A model generated the notes under the pieces. The model searched no databases, was not told the origin of the DNA, and saw only the letters and a list, made by a program, of their open reading frames with translations. A stretch of DNA of 64,000 bases from Balanoglossus misakiensis (Eukaryota > Animalia > Hemichordata), in contig CM082596.2 in assembly GCA_040954595.2 (NCBI GenBank), positions 2,226,999 to 2,290,998 of the forward strand, written 5' to 3'. The position numbers and the translations under genes are program-made. Shown in pieces: positions 11,305 through 23,300 of this stretch. The stretch's first letter is position 1. Each line of letters opens with the position of its first letter.

Positions 11305-14300
11305 CTGTAGCAAAATGGGAAAGTTGTGTTGATCAAGAGGAAACATTTACAATCAATAACTATATTCTAATCTGAGATGAAGGTCTTTCGACTACTCCTG
11401 AAACATTTGTTCAGCATCAAGTACTCAAGTGTTCAAGTCAAAGTTTTAGACCTATTTTTTTTAAAGAGCATACTCATGTGACACTTTGCAAAGCGCCAGT
11501 GAACATTTTTTCATGTACAATGTATAAATTCATTATCGAATGTATCATATTGTAAACTGGGCAGATTATACTTGCCCACCTAATGAAACATTCACAAGGT
11601 GGATGTAAGACTCACCGCTTGGCCATCTATTATTCCAGAGGTTGGTGTTGGTGGTGTTGAGGGAGTGACCTCGGGAAGTTTCTGCAAAATCAGAAAGTGA
11701 TTTAAATAAACATTTCTTAAATTGAATACCTCATGGTGTCCATTTTGGCCGCATGTTATTTTCTCATTGCTTGGCGGAATTCCAAAAGCAATTGAAATGC
11801 TCAAAATGGAGTTTATCAGTATGTGCATATGTGTATTGCAATGCTGCATGATTTCATTTGGATGTAAACAGCTGTCTGATTTGATACATTCAGCTTTTCA
11901 TCACATCCTCTCCTGGAGAGTACTCACTGTCAGAAAAAAATACGATAAGAAACAGAATTTGTTTCACAATCAACTTTTAAAGCAGAACAGTCGACCACAT
12001 GGCCTCTGTAACTACCAAGAGAAAAGCTCTTAACAGAGAGCATGGTTATCATTCATTGTGACTTTGTGACCTATCTAGTTGGACACTAGACTTTTATTTC
12101 ATGGTAAGAGCACATGATGTCAGCCGACTGAAATTCTGAATCTGAATTGAAGTGCAAAAATAACCCAGTCTAGTAGCAGGCATATCCATAGCTACATACA
12201 CCATGCTTTATTTCGCTATTAAAAAGATAATTTTACTCACTGTGACAGGAACTGGAGGAAGTGGTAAGATAGGTCCGAGCTGGAAAAGATTAAGAACATG
12301 TTTGATTAAATGCCTGAAAAACTGGACTCCTTATAGTTGCCATTTAAAACTGTTTAACTCTTACTGGTGATAGTCACTTAGTCATTTTAGTGTAGGGCTT
12401 TCAGCTGTACTAAGTGTGACTTGATTCTTGTTGAGTTGTTTCATTGACCATCTCAAACATTTTAAACCTTTTACCTCAATCAACTGCCAGCCCTCTTCGA
12501 CTCTAACGTAAAGTTCCTGACGATCATGGATGAAGGCTAAGCCACCAACAGGTGTTGTCCGGGCAACTCCTTGCATGTCATTCTGTGTTAAGTATGTTGC
12601 CACCTGTAAAGATAATAACAATTATTAGGAGTTATGCCTTAAGGATCATCACTGTTGTCATTTAACGTTTGAAACCTGGTACCAATGACTATGCATTCAG
12701 TGTTTACTCAGTCTCTAACAAGGTGTAAACTGAGACACCCGCAATCTTGTTTTGACTTCATGGCAATTTAGGACATGCTTTGCCCTTGAACGGGGAAAGA
12801 TAACTTAATATCAACAGATTCACACACTACATTAAGCGATGATACTCTGTTACTTACTGTAGTATATTTGCCTGCAGGAACACCATTTTCTGTACTTCCT
12901 GGAGGACCTGGTGGACCAGGTGGACCTGGTAAACCTCTCTGTCCAGGTGTGCCTCTGTCACCTGGGAATTACATTTTGTATTCAGATTATCATCTTCCTG
13001 TTCAGCCATTTGAGTTGGTCTGGCAAGACTTTGTCAAATATTAACCAAACCATAGTTATGTTTGTGTTAAAGTTACATTTTGATTTTTGGCAATGAGATA
13101 TAGACTGGTTTAGCTGTGATAATAAGACTTCAAAGTTGAATATGTGCACTTACCATTAAAGCCAGGTACGCCCTGCCCTGGTACACCTGGTGGTCCAGGA
13201 ATACCTGGTTGTCCAATTCCTGGTGGTCCTTGTGGACCCGGTTGTCCTGGTGCCCCTGGGATTCCATGTACTGCCTCACCTGGTGGTCCTGCTGGGCCCT
13301 GTAATAAAATTTACCAATTTAATATCACAGTCTAAACAAACGTAAAGTGTGCTAATAAAAGTTTCATCTACCTGCAAAGTGAACAATTTCTTCAGTCCCT
13401 TTAGTGTCCGGTTAAAACAGCTTTTACTGTACATAGCGATGGACTGATATTCACTGACTATACTTACTGGTGGTCCTGGTTCACCTTCGGGTCCTTGTGG
13501 TCCTGGCATGAAAATACCATCACCATCACCAGTTCCTGGTGGACCTGGCTCACCCTGTGTAGAGATTGACAGCAAAGTTGCCCTATTAACTACCACTCAT
13601 AGAATATTTTTAATCATCTTCTCGATAAAGTTAGCGAACAAACAACTCCTTGAATATGTGGAGATTCTATTACCCATGTATGCATATCACCATAGTGAGT
13701 TCTCTTGCAATGGGAGAATGAATAAAAGGGCACGGGTGCAGCACTTGACTTTTTTTCAAATTTTCAAACGGTAGTCTCTTTTATACTGAGAGAATACGTT
13801 GAAAGCATGAAATCAGTTTTTGGTGTGGTTATCACTCACCTTTGGTCCTTTCATTCCAGAGTCCCCTTTGTCTCCTTTCTTTCCCTTCTTTCCTTCAGGT
13901 CCCGGTAATCCGTCTACACCGTTCGGTCCCTGTGGTCCGACAGACCCCGGAAGACCACCGGAACCCTGGGGACCTCTCTCGCCTGGCAATCCTATCTCAC
14001 CAGTCATTCCCTTCTCTCCTGCAGAAAAAACAAACATTAGTAAGATTAGGTTTTTTAACTCTGTAACTTTCCTTGTGTTTTGCTTTAAGTTTTCTCCAAG
14101 TGTTTGAATTCAAAGAGTTTCATTTTCAAGTAATGATTGCACAGAATGTTTTCAATAAACTTTCACGATAAAATTTGAAAGCAGCACTATAAGTAACTGA
14201 ATCAAGTTTGCAGAAGTTCATTTTCTGAAGTCATTAATGGAATTGAAGACCATGCTTACCTGGAAAACCTGGAAGTCCCGGATTTCCCGGAATACCAAGA

Positions 14301-17300
14301 GGACCTTGAGGCCCTGTGTCACCACCATCTCCTTTCTGACCCTTTGGACCTGATGGTCCCGGCAACCCTGGCAGGCCTGGTTCACCCTACAAAATCATCA
14401 ATTACATTCAGCAATGAAAACAAGGAACGCAGAGGAAAAACTTGCAGGACTCCACCACACGGTGATGGACAGAACATTTATCTATGGTATAAGGTAGTAA
14501 TATCAAAGTACAGTAATCTTGGGCTTTATGGGAAAAGTCCATAGGTAACTAATACCCTCTATTATATCTGAGGGAAAAATCAAAATTGCTGCTTTCAAAT
14601 CTTTTTAAATAAATCAACTTGACAAACCTTTTTTCACCAACATAATACAGCAATCAATTTAGCCAATAGATATTTACATTACGGTAAAGAGCAAAAGTTA
14701 CAGGCACGTGCAAATAGCAGCCACTGAGAGCTTTATAAATGCTTTGCATTTTATATTATAAAGTGGTACATATATTTATTCTGATAGGCAGCCTCTATGA
14801 TACATCAGATTTCTGCAAAACTAATAGGCTTTTATCTTATTTTTGCTATAAAGCTGAGCCACAGATGTGTCTTGCAACACAGACACTGAACCTATGCAGT
14901 GACGACATAATGGCAGATCAGTGCAGCTAGTTGGCAGCTGGATGGCCAGATAAACTGAAAGTACTTGAAACTAATATCAGAAGATTCACACCCTTTACAG
15001 TCTGCATCTGTAGGTGTTTTGCAGATCCACATACAGCTCTTGGCATGTATGAATTCTAACTGTGTATTCTACCAATACACAATCAAATAAAACAATACAT
15101 ACACTCCTTGTCTTATGTTTAGTATTTGACTAGATAAATTTCTCTGACAGGCAATTCTTCAAGCCATTAGTTCTTAGCAGATTTATAAAAATAAGTTTCT
15201 GTCAACTTTGTCTTGTAAATACCTTTATTTTTATAAGTGCAATACATATTAACTTGTATATATTATCTAAAAACCATATAATTACTTATTATCACTAATA
15301 TATTGCATACTTGATGAAATTCTTGTTTGTATATATTTTCTTCTTGTAACAAGTTATTGAACAATTACGGGACTGATTTTAGCTGGGGAAATAGCACAAG
15401 CTTTTGACATATTGTTTAGCTCATTTTTCTTTCGGGTTATTCGCGCAACATGAAGCCAATGCAACAATATGGGATGGGATTTGTATTAGATGCAGTCACA
15501 TGACATGAACTGTCCAATGGTAATCCTGCAGTTAGTAGGGCATGTTAATGTGGTCACATGACCATCAGAAGCCAATGAGATTATCTGATATGATGATGCC
15601 CGGGCACTCAGTACTTACATCGTAGCCTTTGTATCGACGTGGCTGAAATCAGTAAAATTGAACGGGAAAAACACTTGTAAAACATATCTCAGTGATCCAT
15701 ACTGTTTTAAAACATAACCTGCTTCATTTTGATCAACAGATTTTCCTCCAACAGTCAAAATACAGTTTCAAAAGACAATTGATATAAAGTTAGAATTTTG
15801 ATAATTTGATATTCAAATGATCAAACTTGTGAATACTTTTTAAAATTTTGGGAAGGCATCTCAGAATTTCATGATGGGTTCCCAGTTCTGAAGATGACGA
15901 AATTGAAATGGAATTAGTATAGGAAGGGTCTCAGCAGCCCACACCAAACAGGGACATGTGATACAGCACTTGGTGGCAAATACCAAAGGGAAATGATACT
16001 GACAGATGACATACGAAATAATACGTAAACATCATGATACAACTGTAATATTAGTCACAATGACAGACTGTTTGGGAAGACATCATCTCACGCCAACAGG
16101 GCACAACATGCGCTCACTGCAGCCAATGGAAAACTTGATATGACTTCTAATCAGTGTTACTTAGGGATGAGGTCACCCTTTCCGACTGATATGACCCTAA
16201 CGCGATGGCTGAACCTATACACTGACCCTGAACACTATAGATCAAGAAGAGACAAAGATGACTGTGTACTGTCATATGGTGCAAGAGAATTCTTAAATCA
16301 GAGAATTGGAAAACAATCAAAACATTTATCAGAATATCATTAAGATTTCATTAAAACAGCGGACAAGAGATGACCCAACATAGTTACACCAGTTAATAAC
16401 CAAAGATCAAGAACTGACACTGACAGGAGATGTAGACTTGTTTTGATAAAATTTGAGAAGATAACATGTCAAACGTCCTCACCACTTGTGCTGGATCACT
16501 TGGATCTTCATCAGGATCCTTCCCGATTCCGGCAGGTCCAGGGGGACCCGGCAAACCAATTGGACCTGCATCACCCTTTTCACCCTGTAATGAGAGAAAG
16601 GCGCCAGGAGGTTTGGAACGAGGGAGGCAATGGATAGAGAGGAGGGTTTGGGAAGAGGGGTTGAAGAAGCAGAGTGACAAAGACCAAAAGGGGAATAGTT
16701 CATGTTGGAATTTCTTTGGTCAGTTTAGTGACTGTTTCACCATAGAAACATGCAATACAGATACAGACTGGCCCACTAAAATCATGACAAACAACTGATC
16801 AAGTGTATGTGTACATGTCACCAACTTGTGAAGTATGGATGAAAAAATGAAGAGGTCTAGATAGAGGAAATATGTATTTACCTTGGTAGCGATAGCTTCA
16901 CCCTGGAAGAGTTGAAACAAAACATGTTAGAAATCAGCAGTCTGGTATACATTGTATGATGCATTCCACTTGCAAACAACATTTTTTTCTTGTGTGAAAT
17001 TCATCATCTTAAATTATTTGTATGATTTCAGCTTGTGTGATTGTTTTCAGGACACTTACTGTTTCTCCTTTGTCTCCTTTCAAACCATGCAATCCTGGAA
17101 CACCCTGAAGTCAACAAGAAATTAAACAATTATCATTTATGTTTGTACATCAATATACAAATTCAGGGGCTACATTATATGGTCTTGTCTGGACCAATTA
17201 AAACACACCACAGGAGAGACAGATATACTTACAGCAAATCCAGGGTCACCTCTATCTCCTTTGCCACCTGGGATACCAACATGACCTGGGATGCCTGGTC

Positions 17301-20300
17301 TGCCCTGTAATGCAGAACAGAGACAACATGCAAATTAAATCAACAACTTTCTATGGCAAGTGCAAAATGTTCCAAAACATCAGTGCAACCTAGCCAGCTG
17401 ACCTGAAACAGTGTGAAATATCTGAGCTGTGAATACACAGTGAATGTAAAAGTATGAGATAAAAGCCCAATATGATAAGAATGCATACAAGTACAACAGG
17501 GCAAGCTTATACAATTATACCAAACAAAACAGACAATACTGTAAACTTACTGGTCTTCCTGGCAAACCAAATTCACCCTTGGTGCCTGATGATCCTCTTC
17601 TACCTCTCTGTCCCTTCTCTCCTTTGACCAGTAAAATATCACCATCTTTAAATGTGTATGCATCACCTTTGCTGCCCTGTAAGATTACAGACATTGTCAA
17701 GAACTGCATGGTGTCTCATGGACAGCTGCAGGTATATTTGTGTACTTTGAAAGATATCAGTGATCTCTCACTAATTACCAGTAATATACCCATGCTTTGG
17801 TCACATTACCTTGTTGCCTGGTGGTCCTTGTAATCCGGGTATTCCTAGAAGGCCATCCTCACCTTTGATTCCCGGAAGTCCCTGCAAAAGTGAATCAGAA
17901 GGATCTCAGTAGAACGTACATCCGGTACAGATTTTAAGAAAAAATGATAGCTCTCCAAACATATGTTAACGTGTGAGGAGTGGATTACAGATTCTGCCAT
18001 ACCCCCATTCATACAAAGACAAAAAAGCAAAACATGTATTTCTATATTTCTTCATACCTGTATTCCTGGCTGTCCGGGGAACCCTCTTGGGCCCCAGTCT
18101 CCGATCAGACCTGGTTCTCCTTTAGCGCCGCTTTCGCCTGGTTCACCCTGAAAACATACAGCAACACACATTTTGTAAAACATGTACATGGTTAGAGCCC
18201 TTGGGACCGAAACATATAAACATGGGGGGGGGGGGGGAGAAGTTACAGACAGTCACTCTTTAATCAATACTCTTCAAATGAAACTAAACAAATGACTATT
18301 TCCTACCTTTTCACCTCCTGTTCCACCACCAGTGCCATTCTGTTGATAAAAAGCCAAAATAATGATTCATTATGAACATCATCTTTCAAATATAAATCCA
18401 TCCTAGCTTCAAATCCATCTTATTTCTTGTAATTTGTCCTTTCTTATAAACTTGTTATTTCATCACAGTTACTATCTTACAGACATCTTAGAGTGACTAC
18501 ACAACTGAAAGCAAATCTTCATTCATTCCATCTGCTGTATCATCAAAAGATGCAAACTTGTACTTACAAAACCAGGTACTCCTTGTAAACCCTGGGGGCC
18601 GATTGGGCCAGGAGGTCCAGGTGGTCCCGGGGGCCCAGGTAGACGTGGACCAGGTGGGTCTGGGATTACACACTGCGATGGTGAACATACACCTGGTTCT
18701 CCCTGTAATTGAGATATAAAACTGAAGTTAGTGGCTGTAACAGAAACTGACATTTCCTGTAAGTTCTGTCCTGGAACTTCCAAATAACAGTGAAACAATT
18801 AGCATATTACTAGCCTGTAAACCTGGTACTCCGGGGAAACCTGGCAACCCTCTCTCTCCAGCAGAACCCTGCAAAAACAACAACAAATCTGTAGTACACT
18901 CAGCAAAACACAGGATGAAGTATTTTTATATGTGTTGGAAAGCACTGCTTCAGTTGTTATCAACAGGAGATAATATTCTCCTAAGACGTCTGTACTTACA
19001 TTGTATCCAGGTGTACCCATGTCGCCTTTATCACCCTGCAAAAGTAAAACAACTCAGGATTTATATATTGGAGAAACAGGGCGGATCAGTTAATTCAACA
19101 GATGTGCATTCAAAATGTCATTTGGAAGTACTTCTACGCAAATATCAAATCGTCAGGGTTGTGTAAGTGTGGTGATTCGATCAGTTATCCGGTTTGAAGT
19201 CGTTGTTGATATTTGCAATCAATGTCATTGAAAACATGGCCTTGCATACTGATACATGTATCATTTATCCTGCCAGCACATTCCATGCGTCTGCGAAATG
19301 AGCAAGTTTTTGCGAAGTTACATGTCTGTTCTCACACTCATTAGTTAGTGACCATCTTTCTGGAATACAAAGTCCTCCTCACGTACCTTAAATCCTTGGG
19401 GTCCCTGTGCTCCTTGGAAGCCCTGAAATTATGTGCAAGATATCATAATCAGTATGAATACTACTACTGTAATAATCACTGGACAATGTGAGACCACCAC
19501 AGTCTAATACCAGTAAATACACACATGTACGTACAACTCAAATATCAATATATCTTTTGAAGTTTGAGCTTTTGGTCTTAGTAACATTTTTCTCACATCC
19601 TCAAATTTTTTGTGTCTTCAAACTCAGTCCACTGCTGCTGTGAAGTGCATTCAGCAGAAATTTCCACCGTCTACATCACAACTTAATTATTCCTGGTATC
19701 TTACCCTTTCTCCTTGAGTTCCATTATATCCACTGGGTCCCTGCGGTCCAGGCAGTCCTGGCTTTCCAGGCAATCCGGGTTCCCCTTTCCTTTCCTAATA
19801 TATTAATGCAGGTGGTGAAAAGTTAAACTTCCAGGGATAACGCCACCCAACGTTTGTGTTATTTTTGTCTATGAGAAATTCTTGTAGAAAAGTGCTGATT
19901 CGCTACCTTTGCAGCCCAACTCGCTTTCTGCTTGGGCAACTAAGTATTCACATTTGTGGTGCTTTTACAACACACGGTAAACTGGAGGTGTACAGGCTTA
20001 CCTTTAAGAATGAGTCATCTCCACTGCCAATTTCTTCTTCTCCTTCTCCACTTCCAGGCTGAAATGCACATCATTTTACAGAGTCACACATTAATTGTCT
20101 TGACAGCACCAAATGCACTACTTACTTCACTACATATATACCAGTACATGTACTTGAAATTGTTCACTTACCACTGTGACAGCAGGACCTGGTGGGCCCG
20201 GTGGTCCAGGTGGTCCGGATGGACCTGCTGGTCCAGTTCCACCTGGTAGTCCTGGCTCACCGGCAAAACCTGGTCTTCCCGGGATTCCATTGGCACCTGG

Positions 20301-23300
20301 TTCTCCCTACATCAATGGATTGTGATTGTTCAGAATTAGCGGAATTTTCATCACACCAATAGAAGGCAGTGGTACGCCACTATCTTATAAGTTTGAGGAA
20401 AACAATCAAGATTTGTGAGATGAAAATACAATCATTGTAAAAATGCAATCATTGTTCTCGGTGCTTACCTTGGCTCCTGCTTGTCCTTCAAAACCCGGAA
20501 CACCAGCTGTTCCCTGAAAAACAATGGAAAACAGTACCATGTAAACATTAGGTCTGAAAGAATGAAAATCACTCAAATCCACTACTTCATGGACGTAACT
20601 CTCTAATATATAACCCCATTCTGCATTCACGACTACAGTCGGACGGAAATTGCTTTTTCCTGTTCTCTTTGAGTACACCAGTCCCTACTGTGAGCACACT
20701 GACTGCTTCAAGCTGTGTCATTAAGTAGTTTATGAAGGGGAAGAAGCTGTAATACGTTTAGTAATTGTCCAATTTATCAGGGCTTGGTATTTTTATTGAC
20801 TTGAAACGATGACAGCTTTCCCTGACCTAGACAAAGTACTGGTCGTAAAACTCTTGGCAGATCACACACAATGTCAGCAGAGACAATGTCAGAGATTTTC
20901 ATAAAAACCAACCTAATACTCCAGTTCCTTGTCTTCAAACACAGAAAAATCAGGAATATATTACTTTATATTCAGATGACACTTCACTGAAAATGAACTT
21001 ACCCTATCACCTTTGGGGCCAGTTGGACCTAGTGGTCCTTGTAGACCTTGTTTTCCAGGTGGACCAGCTGGACCCTGTGAAACATTTACAAAAAATGCTA
21101 AATATATTATTTTGAAAGCTGTTCATCACAGCTTATACACTAACAGCACAAGACAGGTGAAATATCATGATAATGCAGGTGATTGAATTTGCCTCTATCA
21201 TCTGCGGCTATATCTAATTTTCCTGGAGCTGTCAGGAGAGGCTTGTCCAAGCAAGCTTTCCACCCTTTTCAGTGACAATACACAATCAAACTTACGTGAG
21301 GATACATTTCCACTGCAGCTTGGTTAAAAAGAAAGATTGTGAAAAATCTCAAAAATCAATTTTAAGTGAGGGTCTACAAAACTTGAACAGAAAGCGTATA
21401 GGGTATGGAAAATCGATAGACTTCAAAACCCAGTTTTGTCAAGTAAGCCATCATGATGGCCTGCCAGTTATTGGTACACTGACAAAACAAGCATCTGCTT
21501 TATTTCTGGCTTTCCCTAATACTCTAGCAACAGGTAACAGCTGATGATTTTATCTGAAGTGTGAGGGGAACAACACTCACGGTGTCTCCAGGGGTTCCTG
21601 GTGAGCCATCTGTACCATTCCTGCCAGGTGCTCCAGGTGGACCCACCACAGTCGCGGTCTCTCCATCTTTTCCCGGTGATCCAGGATCACCCTTCGGGCC
21701 TGTCTCACCTTGCTCTCCGCGTCCTCCTCGGGCTCCGGGTGAACCATGGAATCCGGGAATTCCTGCGGCACCGGCAGGTCCAGGTGGACCAGCTAGTCCT
21801 GGTTGACCGGAAGGTCCCGGAATACCCTGTTTTCCTGGCTGTCCCGGTGATCCTGGCGGACCAGCAGGACCTTCTGGACCCATAGGACCTGGGTGACCCT
21901 GTGAGTATACAATGACACGATGGCATTATCATATTTATTCAATGTTTAGACATTCTCAAAGGCCAGAATCACCCCCACTGCACATCTACAGCTTAAAGTT
22001 AATAATAAAGCAAACAAAAACTTCAAATATTTTAACATAAACCGAAGTTTTGCTTCTCCCGTTGTTGACAATGAAATCTGACAAAATTGAAGAACAAAAT
22101 CAATTGGGACTTAACCAGCATTTCTGACACCCATCACATTTTAAACCATTTTGCTGATTTGCGAACATGGGTGTAAAAATTAACTGACACTTACGAGGAA
22201 CGTATCATCTCCAGAACCAAGTTCTTCCTCTTCTTCGTAGTTTTCCCCAGGTGGTCCCGGCAAACCTTGAGGTCCTCGTGGACCAGGTGAGCCAACACCC
22301 GGACTTCCCTAATGGAAAAATAGAATCACATTCATCATAATAAGGGATGGTACAGAAATAAACCTTTCATGTATACATCTGCAAAGATACGTTGACAGTT
22401 GCACGACAACAAAACCTTCAAGTCTATATCTTTTTTTTACCTTCTCTCCCTTTTCACCAGGTACACCAGCTTTTCCTTCAAGGCCAGGTTTACCACTTGG
22501 ACCCTGCAAAATAAAAGAAGACCGCCAATATAAAAACCATTTATTGCACCTTTGAAAGTATTTCCATTAAATTGCCAGGCTGTCATTTGAAAAACTTTTG
22601 GTCCTAGATAATGTGTTATTTCCTGAATCAAGCTTTGAAGGATACTGACAAAAGACCCCTCTCTTCTTTTTCACCTAATGGTGTCAACCTTGTTATTAGA
22701 AACACTCAATGACTTCAGAGGCCAACCTCACAAAATTAATTGAGTGAAATATCAATGGGAAATACTCAGTACTCACAACTGGACCAACACCACCAACTTC
22801 TCCCTACAAACAATAAGAGAAAGATAACCAGTATGAATACCACACATAAATATGTACATTTGTTTATTACCATGGTAATGTGTGACTACATGTATTTATA
22901 CATGAATGGAGCATTGGTTCATGGTCTTAGTCTGCATGCATATACATGTATGTCTCACACAAAGTACACAATCTTTGATGACATCACTCATTGTGCATTT
23001 GTATATTCCTCACCTTCTCTCCCTTTGGTCCAGGAACACTCAGGAATCCCTCTTCACCCGGATCAGCACCTTCTCCAGGTGGACCTGGAGGACCAGGGAC
23101 ACCAACACCTGGTGAACCCTGCAATGACAGACACAGAATTTAGTGTTAAAGGTGTTATGAGTGTTCCAACTGAAACACCATCCATGGTAAATGGATGCAC
23201 GAAGCTTAAATCTCAAAAGTCTGTTGCTTGTTCTTATCTGAAGGCAACTTTGAACTCTTAAAGTTCACTACTCGAATGTTGTGACCAGTCTGACAAGGGC

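Noticed and set aside
16160-16235. Possible extra collagen cassette exon with repeated TGACCC motifs
   Set aside because: Donors are weak or out of phase and the peptide is not collagen-like. The model closes in frame without it.
19907-19939. Possible 33-nt in-frame cassette exon ([11 protein letters not shown])
   Set aside because: AG/GT-bounded and phase 0, but it has no polypyrimidine tract and would leave a 62-nt upstream intron. Unsupported without reads.
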